A stretch of DNA of 64,000 nucleotides from an uncultured Chloroflexia bacterium (GCA_963840335.1 CAWIYP010000027.1:24892-88891), one strand, 5' to 3'. Shown: positions 11,485 to 22,349, counted from the stretch's first letter. Notes: generated from the letters alone by a model not told the origin. A program made the numbers and translations.

Positions 11485-12198
11485 TTACACCGATGCGGGT
11501 TGCCGCTGCGCTTCTTGCGGCGGGGCCTCTACTGGGAGCGTCTTCTTGCACAGATACCAATCAACGCACTCGTAGCCATCCCGCTCGCTCATGCGCTGCT
11601 CGGCCATCTCAGCGGTATTCGGCGCTGGAACGACGACCTTGTCACCGGGAACCCAGTTGGCCGGAGTCGCGACATGGTACTTGTCACTGGTCTGCAAGGC
11701 GTCAATGACGCGCAAGATCTCGCTCATATTCCGCCCAAGGGAGAGCGGATAGTAGATCATCGCGCGCAGAACGCCATTCGGGTCAATGATAAACACACAC
11801 CGCGACGTCTCCGTCTTGCTCTCGCCAGGCATCAGCATGCCATAGCGCCGCGCGACATCCATCGAGAGATCAGCGATGATCGGGAACGGAATCTTCACAC
11901 CGTTCTTCTCTTCGATGTTGCGCACCCACGCGATGTGGGAATAGACGCTATCGATGCTCAGGCCCAGCAACTCCACTCCGCGCTTTCGCAGCTCTGGGTA
12001 GATCTCCGCGAAGGCCAGGAATTCTGTCGTGCATACCGGGGTAAAATCCGCTGGATGCGAGAACAGAATCAGCCAGCTTCCGCGATAATCCGCGAGGCGA
12101 ATCACGCCGTGGGTAGTCACAGCTTCAAAATCGGGCGCGGCCTCATTCAAGCGCGGCAAGCCATAGGCCTGCGTGGACGTTTCTACAGGGTCAGACAT
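11485..12198 (-). CDS. Peroxiredoxin (Prx6/AhpC family with C-terminal cysteines)
   Basis: HPADFTPVCTTE active site; C-terminal CVDWYLC. Confidence 0.95.
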   Translation of the reverse strand: MSDPVETSTQAYGLPRLNEAAPDFEAVTTHGVIRLADYRGSWLILFSHPADFTPVCTTEFLAFAEIYPELRKRGVELLGLSIDSVYSHIAWVRNIEEKNGVKIPFPIIADLSMDVARRYGMLMPGESKTETSRCVFIIDPNGVLRAMIYYPLSLGRNMSEILRVIDALQTSDKYHVATPANWVPGDKVVVPAPNTAEMAEQRMSERDGYECVDWYLCKKTLPVEAPPQEAQRQPASV

Positions 12199-12463
12199 GG
12201 GAGCCTCCTCATCCTTCGTGGCAGATGCGCACGGCGCGACTCTGGCGCCTGCGCAATGTTGAGTGGATCATGTCCGTTGTCCACTCAGCTATCAGCATCG
12301 CTCTTCCGACTCACGCGCACATCTCGATCGCCAATGGGCGCGTCCCAGCCACATCTCGGCGCGCTGATAGCTATATCGCGTAGACGCTGGCGCCTGGGAC
12401 GCGCGCTAGCCTGGTCGGTAGTTGGCGCACGGTTTGCGGCATCCGTACCGTTCTAAGCATTGA

Positions 12464-12507
12464 TTGACACACCCTTGACTGCATGCTACAGTGTAGGCAA
12501 TCGATTG
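12464..12507 (+). promoter_or_regulatory. Sigma70 promoter of the LacI-family gene with a palindromic operator at +1
   Basis: TTGACA (12464), 17 bp, TGc-TACAGT (12487); CAATCGATTG at 12498-12507. Confidence 0.8.
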
Positions 12508-12557
12508 TTCACTCGTCGTGCCCCTGCCGCATGTGGCGCCTGAGAACGGCAACAAGC

Positions 12558-13619
12558 ATGCCTATTACCCTAAAACAACTCAGCCAACTCGCGGGGGCGC
12601 ACCCCTCGACGGTCGCGCGCGTGCTGCACGCCGACCCTCGACAACGGGTGAGCGCGGAACTGCGCGAGCGCATCCTGACGCTGGCGCGTGAGCATGACTA
12701 CCGACCGAACAGCGTGGCGCGTTCCCTGCGCACGAAACGCACCGCCGTCTTCGGCGCCCTCATCCCCGACATCTCCAATCCCTTCTTCGCGAGTGTGCTG
12801 CGCGGCATGGAAGACGCCGTCGCCGAGCGCGACTACAGCATCATTCTCGCCAACACCGACGACCTGCCCACGCGCGAGGCGCATAGCCTCGCCATGCTGC
12901 GTGATCGCCAGGTGGATGGCCTCCTGCTGGCCACCGCCCGCCTGCATGACACCGCTATTGAGCAACTCGCGGCTGAGCGCGTGCCATTCGTACTCGTCAA
13001 CCGGCACACAGACCCGATCACGCCCAACTGTGTCGTGCCAGACGACTATGCGGGTGGCGTGGCGGCTGTCGAACACCTGCTCGCGCTCGGCCACCGACGC
13101 ATCGCCCATATCGCTGGCTCCAATGACGCCTCCACCGGCTATCTGCGCCAGAAGGCCTATCTCGACACACTGCGTAAGCACGCTGTCTCCGACCTAGATG
13201 CGCTGCTCGTCAAGGGGTCATTCCGCGAGAGCGGTGGCTATGAGGCGATGACGACGCTACTCAACCTCGCTGAGATCCCCACCGCCGTCTTCGCGGTCAA
13301 TGATCTCGCGGCGCTCGGCGCCATCCACGCGATTCTCGCGGCGGGGCTGCGTGTGCCACAGGATATTTCGGTCATCGGCTTCAATGATCTGTTCCATGCG
13401 ACTCACATGATGCCGGGCCTCACGACCATGCAGGTGCCGCACCGCGCAATGGGCGCGCGTGCGGCGCGGATGCTGCTCGATATGGTTATTGATGGGGTCA
13501 TGCCAGAACATCCAATGCTCTTGCCCGCGACGCTGATCGCACGCGAGAGCACCGGGCCAGCGCCTCACCGCCGACACGGTGTACGCGCGCGGCGAACAAA
13601 CGTGGCGTCATCGCGGTAA
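12558..13619 (+). CDS. LacI family transcriptional regulator
   Basis: ITLKQLSQLAGAHPSTVARVL HTH, YRPNSVARSLR hinge, VPQDISVIGFND. Confidence 0.95.
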   Translation: MPITLKQLSQLAGAHPSTVARVLHADPRQRVSAELRERILTLAREHDYRPNSVARSLRTKRTAVFGALIPDISNPFFASVLRGMEDAVAERDYSIILANTDDLPTREAHSLAMLRDRQVDGLLLATARLHDTAIEQLAAERVPFVLVNRHTDPITPNCVVPDDYAGGVAAVEHLLALGHRRIAHIAGSNDASTGYLRQKAYLDTLRKHAVSDLDALLVKGSFRESGGYEAMTTLLNLAEIPTAVFAVNDLAALGAIHAILAAGLRVPQDISVIGFNDLFHATHMMPGLTTMQVPHRAMGARAARMLLDMVIDGVMPEHPMLLPATLIARESTGPAPHRRHGVRARRTNVASSR

Positions 13620-13848
13620 TACAGCGACACATCCACGTCGCAACATATACGCAGACATAGAGGAGAATCGCTGGGTGAGTTGGATCACTCGTCTACTGAC
13701 GGCTAACCGCCGATCAGGCCAGCCAAGCTCCGGCGCTAGCGCGCGTCATGACGCGCAGGAGCAGACTGAACCTGCGATCGCGGATACTACCACTCCATCA
13801 GAGCGTCTGGAAGACACACCGAAATTAGCCGCAGAGGGGAGAGAACAC

Positions 13849-14760
13849 ATGCCAACAGTCGGATACATTGGACTCGGCGCCATGGGTGGTCGTGTCGCCA
13901 AGCGCCTGCTCGACGCGGGCTTCACCGTCACGGGATACAATCGCACGGCATCCAAAGCGCAGTGGCTGGTTGACCTGGGCATGCGCCAGGTGGCGACGCC
14001 GCGCGAGGTCGTCGAAGCTTCCGACATCACCTTCTCGATGGTGACGAATACGAAGGCGCTCGAAGCCTGCTTCGAGGGGCCAGATGGCATCCTCAGCGCG
14101 CTTGGCCCTGGCAAGACATACATTGACATGAGCACCGTAAATCCCGCTGTCTCGCGCGCCCTGGCCGAGCGGGTGGAGGAACGCGGCGCCGACATGCTCG
14201 ACGCGCCTGTCTCTGGCAGCGTGGTGACACTGGAGCAGGGCAAGCTCTCGATGATGATCGGCGGCAAGCGGGAAGTCTACGACTACGCGCTGCCTACCCT
14301 GAACGCCATCGCGCCGACGGTGCAATATGTCGGTGACCACGGTCAGGCCGTGCTGATGAAGATCGCCATCAACCTCAACCTGCAAGTGCAGATGCAGGCC
14401 TTCAGCGAGAGCCTGCTGCTCGCGGAAAAGGGCGGCATTCCGCGCGAAGTGGCGATGCGGGCGCTCCTCGATAGCGTCATCGCCTCGCCCTCGCTGAAGT
14501 ATCGCGCGCCTTTCATTACGCAAGCGCCCGACGAAGTATGGTTCAACGTCGGTATGATGCAGAAAGACATGCTGCTCGCGTTGGAGATGGGCCGCACACT
14601 CGATGTGCCGCTGCCCACCGTCGCCATCAGCAACGAATATCTGACGGCGGCCCGCGCGATGGGTCTGGGCGAGCACGACTTCTACATCACCTTCCAGGCG
14701 CTGGCGAAGATGGCTGGCGTCGACCGCGATGTGGACGCGCTGACCCCCAAGCAGGACTAA
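13849..14760 (+). CDS. Beta-hydroxyacid dehydrogenase (3-hydroxyisobutyrate dehydrogenase family)
   Basis: GYIGLGAMG, DAPVSG, catalytic K-x3-N, F...MMQKD. Confidence 0.92.
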   Translation: MPTVGYIGLGAMGGRVAKRLLDAGFTVTGYNRTASKAQWLVDLGMRQVATPREVVEASDITFSMVTNTKALEACFEGPDGILSALGPGKTYIDMSTVNPAVSRALAERVEERGADMLDAPVSGSVVTLEQGKLSMMIGGKREVYDYALPTLNAIAPTVQYVGDHGQAVLMKIAINLNLQVQMQAFSESLLLAEKGGIPREVAMRALLDSVIASPSLKYRAPFITQAPDEVWFNVGMMQKDMLLALEMGRTLDVPLPTVAISNEYLTAARAMGLGEHDFYITFQALAKMAGVDRDVDALTPKQD

Positions 14761-14875
14761 TCTCGCGACCAGCGTGTCATCGCACGGGGCGCCTTCACCA
14801 CCAGTGATATTCTGAGTGAGGGCTGCCCCGTTTTTGTTCTCGCACGCAGACAACATTCCCACCAGGAGGCCGCAC

Positions 14876-15835
14876 ATGACCAGCGCACCGCTTACGCCGC
14901 TCCGTGTCCGTACCTTCCAGGGCTTGCAGAATCTCCCCATCGTGGCGGCGCAGCGGCGCGGCGCCTTCGCCAGCGCCGGGCTGGAGGTGACGCTGAGCTT
15001 CACGAATAGCTCCGCCGAGCAACTCGCGACCCTGGCGCGGAACGAGGTCGAGTTGATCCACACGGCGCCGGACAATGTGGTGAACTACAACACCCAGCCC
15101 GCCGCCTTTGGCATCGAACTCGCGATGGCGCCGCAGATCGCCATGCTGCTCGGCGGCAGCAATGGCCCGCTCAGCCTCGTCGCCCGACCAGAGTTCGCCC
15201 ACGCCGCCGACCTGCGTGGACGCGCTGTTGGGGTGGATAATCCCGGCTCTGGGTTCGCGCTGGTGCTGCGCGATCTGCTGGCGCGCGCGGGACTGACACT
15301 GGGGACAGACTACAGCTTCACCGTGGCGGGGGGCACGGGCGCGCGGGCGGCGGCGCTGGCGCAGGGGACGCTGGCGGCGACGATTGTCTATCCGCCGTTT
15401 GACATCATGCTCGCGGCGCGTGGCTGCCAGACGCTGGCCACCTCGACCGCGGTCTACGCCGCCTACGCCTCGCAGGCGCTGGCGGCGACGCGTCCCTGGC
15501 TGAGCGCGCACAGCGACCTGGCCACGCGCTACATCAGCGTATTCCTGGAGTCGCTCGCCTGGATCTACACTCCCAGCGAGCGCGCGGCGGTCGAGGCGCT
15601 GCTCCAGGCGGAGCCAGGGCTGGGCGTGAGCGCCGATGTCTCCGCCGCGCAGGCATATGCGGCGTTCACTGATCCGGTGATGGGCTATGGGCGCGAGGCC
15701 ACGCTCAGCGACGCGGGTCTGGCGCAGGTCATCGCGCTGCGCGGGCGCTATGGTAACGCGGCGGGCAGCCTGGGGCAGCCAGCCGACTACTGCGATCTAC
15801 GCTGGTATGAGCGCGCCCGCGCCACCAGAAGTTAG
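14876..15835 (+). CDS. NMT1/THI5/SsuA-like substrate-binding-fold protein without signal peptide
   Basis: GAFASAGLEV...DLRGRAVGVDNPGSGF pattern; AGGAGG RBS; no hydrophobic N-terminus. Confidence 0.8.
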   Translation: MTSAPLTPLRVRTFQGLQNLPIVAAQRRGAFASAGLEVTLSFTNSSAEQLATLARNEVELIHTAPDNVVNYNTQPAAFGIELAMAPQIAMLLGGSNGPLSLVARPEFAHAADLRGRAVGVDNPGSGFALVLRDLLARAGLTLGTDYSFTVAGGTGARAAALAQGTLAATIVYPPFDIMLAARGCQTLATSTAVYAAYASQALAATRPWLSAHSDLATRYISVFLESLAWIYTPSERAAVEALLQAEPGLGVSADVSAAQAYAAFTDPVMGYGREATLSDAGLAQVIALRGRYGNAAGSLGQPADYCDLRWYERARATRS

Positions 15836-15876
15836 GCGGAGCGGGCGCGTAAGGGTGTGTTGTCGCGAATCGCGAG

Positions 15877-16614
15877 CTACTGCGCGGGCGCGCGATTCGC
15901 GGAGACGCTACCACCGAGGTAGAGCGAGCTGATCTCGGGATTGTTGAGGACACCAGCGCTGGGGCCATCGAGGCGCACCCGCCCACTCTCCATCACGATG
16001 CCGTGGTCAGCCAGGCGCAGGCCAGCGCGGGCGTTCTGCTCCACCAGCAAGATGGTGCGTCCCGCCTCTTTCATCGCGATGATCGTATTGAAGACTTCTT
16101 TGAGCGTCTTCGGGTCGAGGCCCATCGAAGGCTCATCGAGCAGCACCAGCTTCGGATCGAGCATCAGACAGCGGGCAAACTCCACCAGTCGCTGCTGGCC
16201 GCCAGAGAGGGCGCCTGCCAGCTCATCGGCGCGCTCGCGCACGATGGGGAACATCTGCTCCACTTCGGCGTAGCGTTGGCGAACTACCGCGCTATCATGC
16301 ACCATATAGGCGCCCAGCTCGACGTTCTCGTGTACTGTCATCGTGGGGAAGAGGCTGTGATTCTGCGGCACCTGCACCAGCCCGCGCATCAAGATTTGCC
16401 GTGGTGAGAGGCCCACGATGTTCTCGCCATTGAAGATCACCTGACCTGTGCGTGGCTTGATGACGCCACTAATCGCGGTGAAGACGGTGGACTTGCCAGC
16501 GCCGTTCGGGCCGACGATGCAGGTGATCGTCCCCTTCTCAATGCCCATGTCTACACCGCGTAGCACATCGCCACCGCCATAGCCCGCGACAATGTTGGTG
16601 AGTTGTAGTAGCAT
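15877..16614 (-). CDS. Liv-type ABC transporter ATP-binding protein (LivF-like)
   Basis: GPNGAGKS, LSGGQQ, LLDEPSMGL, LVEQN. Confidence 0.93.
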   Translation of the reverse strand: MLLQLTNIVAGYGGGDVLRGVDMGIEKGTITCIVGPNGAGKSTVFTAISGVIKPRTGQVIFNGENIVGLSPRQILMRGLVQVPQNHSLFPTMTVHENVELGAYMVHDSAVVRQRYAEVEQMFPIVRERADELAGALSGGQQRLVEFARCLMLDPKLVLLDEPSMGLDPKTLKEVFNTIIAMKEAGRTILLVEQNARAGLRLADHGIVMESGRVRLDGPSAGVLNNPEISSLYLGGSVSANRAPAQ

Positions 16615-16618
16615 CAGG

Positions 16619-17350
16619 TCAGTCTCCCAAATAGGCTTCGAGTACGGCGGGATTAGCGCGCACGGCCTGCGGCGTCCCCTCGGCCAGCTTCGTACCTCGG
16701 TGCATCACCATGACGCGGCTGCACAGGCCCATGACGAATTCCATGTTGTGCTCAACGATCAGAAAGGTCACGCCCTGGCTATTGAGTTGGCGGATGCGGT
16801 CGCCAAGCTGTCCGATCAGCGTCGGGTTGATGCCGCCCGCAGGCTCATCGAGCAGAATTAGCTGTGGCTCGGCGATCAGGATGAACGCTAGCTCCAGCAG
16901 CTTGCGCTGGCCATAGGAGAGGCTGCCCGCTGGAGCGTTCTTCAGGTGCGTGAGGCCAACGAACTCCAGCAGGTTGAGCGCGCGATCATGCTCGCTCGAC
17001 GCGCTCCAGCGCCCCAGAAGCGAAGAGATGCCCTTGCGCTTGATGGCGACGTGCATGTTCTCGGTCACCGTGAGGCGTGGGAAGATGCGTGTGAGCTGGA
17101 ACGTGCGCCCGATGCCCAGATTAAAGATCTTGTCTGGGCCAAGATAGCTGATGTCCGTATCGTTGAAGCGCACGGCGCCTGTGTCCTGGCGTTCGTAACC
17201 GGTCATGACATTGAACAGGGTCGTTTTGCCAGAGCCATTCGGGCCGATCAGTCCAGTAATGGATCCTTTCTCGACCGAAATGGAGCAGGCATTGAGCGCC
17301 TGGATGCCACCAAACGCTTTCGAGATATCCGTCGCTTGAAGCAGGCTCAT
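16619..17350 (-). CDS. Liv-type ABC transporter ATP-binding protein (LivG-like)
   Basis: GPNGSGKT, RTFQ, LSYGQRK, LDEPAGG, EAYLG. Confidence 0.93.
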   Translation of the reverse strand: MSLLQATDISKAFGGIQALNACSISVEKGSITGLIGPNGSGKTTLFNVMTGYERQDTGAVRFNDTDISYLGPDKIFNLGIGRTFQLTRIFPRLTVTENMHVAIKRKGISSLLGRWSASSEHDRALNLLEFVGLTHLKNAPAGSLSYGQRKLLELAFILIAEPQLILLDEPAGGINPTLIGQLGDRIRQLNSQGVTFLIVEHNMEFVMGLCSRVMVMHRGTKLAEGTPQAVRANPAVLEAYLGD

Positions 17351-17412
17351 CGAAGTCTCCAGTGAACGTGAATCGCGTAGGCGCGCATTGCGCGCCCTCT
17401 ATCGCGCGCGGG

Positions 17413-18510
17413 CTACTTGCGCTCACCAGCGCGAGCAGCCGTATCAGGCGCCGCAATCGGCGCCCCAGGGGCGACTGGCGTCTCCGTCTCGGCGGACTTG
17501 CGCTCAAAGAGCAGCTTGCTGACGGCAGGCACGATGCCCTGTGGGAGCAGCAAAATGACCGCGAGGAAGATGATCCCCTCGAAGATCAGGTACAGCCCGT
17601 TATCGGCGAAGGAAAGCGTGAAGTATTGCTGTACTGGTACGATGAGAAGCGCGCCAAGCAGCGGGCCAGAGATAGTGCCCAGACCACCCAGGAAGGCCAT
17701 CAGCGCAACCAGCACATCGAACAGCGGATTGAAGGCGAACGCCGGGAAGATCGCGCCAAGGAAATACGCCCAGACGGCGCCGCACATGCCAACGAAGAAT
17801 GCGGAGAGCACAAACGCGCTCAGCTTCACAAACTCTGTGCGCACGCCCAGACCACGCGCGCGATCCTCATCATCGCGAATCGCGAGCAGCTCCAGCCCGT
17901 ACTTGGAATTGCGCACGTACCACGATGTCGCAATCGCGAGGATCAGAATCACGACCATTACGTAGTAGAACGGCAGGTTGAACAGCACGCCGCCCGCGCT
18001 GGTCCATTGGAGGGGAATCGGCAGACTCAGGCCAGCCGAACCACCCGTCACCCCGCGCAAATTGAACGCAGCGAGCTGGAAGATGAAGAACAGGGCGATG
18101 GTGATGACCACGAAGGTATGGCGCCGGGTGCGCAGGGCAATCGCGCCGAAGGGAACCGCAGCGATGGCCGCAACGACGCCCGCCACTGGAACCAGCAGAA
18201 ACGGCCGCCAGCCAGCAGAGAGATTCAGCCACTCCGAACCGAGCGCGATGGTATAGCAGCCGAGGCCGAAGAAGGCCGCATGCCCCAGGGCGATGTAGCC
18301 CGTATAGCCGGAGAAAATATTCCACGCCGTGCCTGCCGCCGCGAACACCAGCGTAAAGACAGCGATGCTTGTATACGCAGGGTTCGTGATGACCAGCGGA
18401 AACACGCCCACCGCGACCAGACAGGCAAGCCAGAACACGATCTGGATCGGTTTCCACCGACGGGAGTCTGACTGCCCTGAAGTTGTCCGTGAATGCGCCA
18501 CTGTTGCCAT
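17413..18510 (-). CDS. Liv-type ABC transporter permease (LivM-like)
   Basis: WNIFSGYTGYIALGHAAFFG and AIRDDEDRARGLG. Confidence 0.93.
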   Translation of the reverse strand: MATVAHSRTTSGQSDSRRWKPIQIVFWLACLVAVGVFPLVITNPAYTSIAVFTLVFAAAGTAWNIFSGYTGYIALGHAAFFGLGCYTIALGSEWLNLSAGWRPFLLVPVAGVVAAIAAVPFGAIALRTRRHTFVVITIALFFIFQLAAFNLRGVTGGSAGLSLPIPLQWTSAGGVLFNLPFYYVMVVILILAIATSWYVRNSKYGLELLAIRDDEDRARGLGVRTEFVKLSAFVLSAFFVGMCGAVWAYFLGAIFPAFAFNPLFDVLVALMAFLGGLGTISGPLLGALLIVPVQQYFTLSFADNGLYLIFEGIIFLAVILLLPQGIVPAVSKLLFERKSAETETPVAPGAPIAAPDTAARAGERK

Positions 18511-18582
18511 AATCTGAGGCTGCTCTTTCTTCTCGTTGCGCGCGTTGCTACGCCGTGCGCTTCATCGTTCTAACTTGCTCGC

Positions 18583-19458
18583 CTACTGGTTGCGGGTTCC
18601 CAGCTTGCCAAAGAGACCCTGTGGGCGGAACAGCAGGAGGATGACGAGCAGCGCGTAGAACACCGTGCTGGCCCACACGGGCGACCAGACCACCTCGGTC
18701 ACGTCGTAGATGACGAGCATGCTGATCGAAGCGACGAGCGCGCCACCAACGCTCCCCATGCCGCCAAGAATGATGATGACGAGCAGGCGAGAGATGAGAT
18801 CATAGTGACTGCTGGAGTTGAATGCGTTCGTCGAGCCGAAGGCCATGCCACCGGCTGCCGTCAACGCCACGCCGATGCCAAAGGTCAGCGCCGCGACCCG
18901 CTCGACATCGATGCCGATCAGCAAAGCCGCTGTGCGGTTCTGCGTGGTCGCGCGGATGCTGCGTCCAAATTTCGTGCGATAGAGCAGGAAGTAAAGAGCC
19001 GACAGCAGGACGACGCTCATCGCGAACGCCATGAGATAGATGTATGGCAGGTAGAACGAGCCGATGTGGAGTGATTGCGTGGTGTACCAGGCCTGGAGCG
19101 TGACGACGTTGTTGGTGAAGATAAGTCCAAGCGCGCCCTCGATGATGATCGCTATCGCGAAGGTTACGAGGATCGAGAGTTGGGTGCGGTCGCGCTTCAA
19201 TGGGCGAATCAGTGTCCATTCGAGGATCACACCCAGCACGAACATGACGGGAATGGTAATGACCAGGCCAAGAAAGAGGTCCAGACCCAGGTATTGTGAG
19301 AGTACGTAGCTAAGATACGCGCCAAGTATAACAAACGCGCCCTGAGCAACGTTGATGATATCCATGACACCGAATACGAGTGTCAGGCCAGATGCCATAA
19401 GCGCGTAGACAGCTCCAGTCAGGATGCCGGCCACGACAGCCTGTGCAATGAGCGCCAT
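18583..19458 (-). CDS. Liv-type ABC transporter permease (LivH-like)
   Basis: YALMASGLTLVFGVMDIINVAQG, GRSIRA, ILGGMGS. Confidence 0.93.
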   Translation of the reverse strand: MALIAQAVVAGILTGAVYALMASGLTLVFGVMDIINVAQGAFVILGAYLSYVLSQYLGLDLFLGLVITIPVMFVLGVILEWTLIRPLKRDRTQLSILVTFAIAIIIEGALGLIFTNNVVTLQAWYTTQSLHIGSFYLPYIYLMAFAMSVVLLSALYFLLYRTKFGRSIRATTQNRTAALLIGIDVERVAALTFGIGVALTAAGGMAFGSTNAFNSSSHYDLISRLLVIIILGGMGSVGGALVASISMLVIYDVTEVVWSPVWASTVFYALLVILLLFRPQGLFGKLGTRNQ

Positions 19459-19582
19459 ATCAAGCCTCCATCAGGATGTCCTCGCGCGCCTGGGATATGT
19501 CCGAGGTCGGCGTATGGGAGCAACACAGCGGGAGAGGCCAACGCCGCTCCACTATGCTGTATAGGTGTGAATTAGGAGGGGG

Positions 19583-19614
19583 CGCAGTCGGAGCGGTTCG
19601 CCGCTCCGACTGCG
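19583..19614. terminator. Perfect 14-bp stem-loop between the binding-protein and permease genes
   Basis: CGCAGTCGGAGCGG-TTCG-CCGCTCCGACTGCG. Confidence 0.7.
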
Positions 19615-19631
19615 GGTAGGTGACTGGAGGC

Positions 19632-20874
19632 TTAGGAAGCCCAACCAGCCTTCGGATACTCGAACTGAGCGGTGGCGGCGTTGGTCGGGAAGACGACCTG
19701 CTGCGCATTGCTCTGCCACTGGAACAGATACGCGACAGACAGTGTGTTCTGGCCAGTCGAATCGAACTTCACCGAGCCCTGGATACTCTGGAAGGTATCA
19801 GAGTGCAGTGTCTTGATGAGAGCCGCGTTATCGAGGCTGTTGTTCTTCGTGACCGCCTGCGCGACCACCTGACCAACCGAGTAACCCTCAGCCGCGTCAA
19901 TCGAAACCGCATCCACCGTGCCGCCGTACTTGGCGACGTAGGCGCTGACGAAATCAGAGTTGCCAGAAAGCGTTGAGTCGCGGATACCAGCCGTTCGGCA
20001 CCATGATGCCTTCGGTGTTGCCCGCGCCGACCGCGTCGCTGAACTGGCTGCCCTGGTCGGGGCCAGCGGTGGCGACCAACATCTTCGGGCTGTAGTGCTG
20101 CTGGCGGAAGTCCTGGATGAAGGCTGTGATGTCGGGCAGGTGCGTGCCAGCGATCACGAGATCAGCCTTGGAGTTGATCATACCAAGCGCCATTGGCTGG
20201 TAGTCGGTCGTCTCAGCCGGGTAGACCTTGTAGTAGACCGTCTTGAGACCGGCGCTCTCCAGCAGGCCCTTCAGGCGATCAACCTGCGGCTGGGTGAAGG
20301 GATCATCTTCGGTGGCGTAGGCGACCGTCTTGGGGCGCTGGTCGGCGGGCATCGAGGCGATCAGACCAGCGACCGTATCCAGGTTGTTCTGGACGGGCAG
20401 CGACACGTCGAAGATGTTGTTCAGGCCGCGGGTGAACACGGATGGGCCACCACCGGCGCCCTCAACCATCGCGTAGCCGTAGCGAGCGGCGACGACCGAG
20501 GCGGGCTTGGTCAGCAGGGTGGAGAATGGGCCAAAGACGAGGTCGCACTTATCAACGGTAATGAGCTTCTGATAGTTCGTGGCGACCTGCTGCGGATCGC
20601 TATTGTCAGAAACGATGTCAAGCGTCACCTGGCGACCGAGCAGGCCACCATGCGCGTTGACGTAGTTGGCCCAGAGTGTATAGCCCTGCTGGAAGCCTTC
20701 GCCGTCCGACGCGAAGTCGCCGGAGAGGGAAAGAGAGATGCCGATCTTGATCGGCGTCTTGTTGGCGCTTGTGGTGGTGGCTGGCCCGCAGGCCGCCAAC
20801 GTCAACCCCAGGCACCCGAGGATACCAAGGCTACTTAAGACCCGATGAATGCGCGTGGAGTATCGTCCAAACAT
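19632..20874 (-). CDS. Liv-type ABC substrate-binding lipoprotein; frameshift near 19955
   Basis: Lipobox LAAC, IKIGISLSLSG, NAHGGLLGRQV; C-terminal part in ORF 19632..19916. Confidence 0.9.
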
Positions 20875-21103
20875 GGCTCTGCTCCCTGAGCTACACCCAT
20901 GTAGCTCTCTCGTCTTCCGAATTGGGGCCAGCATACCTCTGAACAGTCTCAGAGCGCGTAGCTGACCCGCTATGCCATTTCCTCCGCGCCATGCGTCCCT
21001 GTCGCCATTCAGGTGGCGCCCTAGTGGCGATACACATCGGGGGACAAGGTGGCGTGGGGCGCAGCCCACAGGAAGCTCATCACTTCCATCGAGAAGCGTA
21101 GCG

Positions 21104-22183
21104 CTACGCTTCGACGCCTGCGCGCAATTGCTGACGCATCCAGTCAGCCATCTGTGGGCGATGCTTGTAGGGGATGTTGTTGCAGACATGGTTGCCGTCA
21201 TCGAACATCCACAACTCAGCTACGTCGCCGATTTCTCGCGCCATACGCTCCGCATCGTGTGGGGGAACCACGCGATCCTGGCGGCCCATGATAACCAGGG
21301 TGGGAACGCTGATTCGCTGGAGAATGCCCTCCAGCGTGAACGAACGCAGACGCACGAGCGCGTCGGCGTGTGAGGTGGCGCCACTGCGATGGATGAATGC
21401 CTCTTGAGTGAGGCTGGGCATCTGGTCGAATGCGTCAGGAACGGAATAGGGTCCCGCGACAGCGATTACAGCGCGAATACGCGGCTCAAAGGCGGCTGCG
21501 CGTGGGGCGTAGAAAGCGCCCAGGCTCACACCCAGCAGACCAATGCGGCGCGCGTCGAGGTCAGGTCGGCGCTCGAGCGCATCGATCGCGGCCCGCGCAA
21601 CGACTTCGTAATCGCTACGCATCGGTCGCTCGAACTCCATCTCGCCTTGCCCCGGCCCGTCAATCGCGAGTGTCGCCATGCCCCGACGCAGAAACTCGTC
21701 GGCGTATGCGTGCAGCTCTTCTTTGACGGAATCGAGACCAGGGATGAGGATGACAACGGGGGGCCGTGTCACGCCCAGGGGCGTCCGCAGGATTCCCCAC
21801 ATGGTCAGCCCATCCTCGTACGGGATGGCGAATCGCTCGCCCGGCACATCGAACCAGGGAAGCGCTTTCGCGTAGCAGCCGACAGCGAGGTCGTGCGCTA
21901 CACGCAACCGATCCGGAAATTCAACGGCCAGGAACTTGCCAAAATGGTAGGCCATGGCAGCATGGTAGAAATGGTACGCCATGGATTCATGTTGGCCCGC
22001 GCGCTCAGCCTCCTCGCCCATTGCCTGGTGCATGGCGCCGCAGTCAGACCATTTGCGGAGCCAGTCAGACCAGTCCTGGACGTCAGCGGTCACTCGCTGA
22101 AAATCGTTTGGGTCAATGCCATTCGCGAGAAAGCGGGGCGCCCAGTTGGCGATAGCCGTCTCTACACGTGCGTCACCTGCCAT
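21104..22183 (-). CDS. Alpha/beta hydrolase, 2,6-dihydroxypseudooxynicotine hydrolase-like (FrsA/DUF1100 family)
   Basis: GLDSVKEE, DGPGQGE, GVSLG nucleophile and GNHVCNN...MADW resemble the Arthrobacter DHPON hydrolase as recalled; AAGGAG RBS. Confidence 0.85.
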   Translation of the reverse strand: MAGDARVETAIANWAPRFLANGIDPNDFQRVTADVQDWSDWLRKWSDCGAMHQAMGEEAERAGQHESMAYHFYHAAMAYHFGKFLAVEFPDRLRVAHDLAVGCYAKALPWFDVPGERFAIPYEDGLTMWGILRTPLGVTRPPVVILIPGLDSVKEELHAYADEFLRRGMATLAIDGPGQGEMEFERPMRSDYEVVARAAIDALERRPDLDARRIGLLGVSLGAFYAPRAAAFEPRIRAVIAVAGPYSVPDAFDQMPSLTQEAFIHRSGATSHADALVRLRSFTLEGILQRISVPTLVIMGRQDRVVPPHDAERMAREIGDVAELWMFDDGNHVCNNIPYKHRPQMADWMRQQLRAGVEA

Positions 22184-22280
22184 TGACTTACACTCCTTCA
22201 CATACCCAGTGAACCGACTCTTCTCGTTACTTCGGCTCATCGGGCATGCCCGCGAGGTATCCGCAAGGGGCATCTCGTGT

Positions 22281-22349
22281 TGCGCAATCGTTTGCCTACT
22301 TAGGACAATCGATTGACGCAACAATATCACTGAGCCGGACACGTGTCAA
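22281..22349 (-). promoter_or_regulatory. Sigma70 promoter of the hydrolase-ABC operon with two LacI-type operators
   Basis: Minus strand TTGACA (22349-22344), 17 bp, TGa-TATTGT (22326-22321); CAATCGATTG 22306-22315; GCAATCGTTTGC 22284-22295. Confidence 0.8.
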
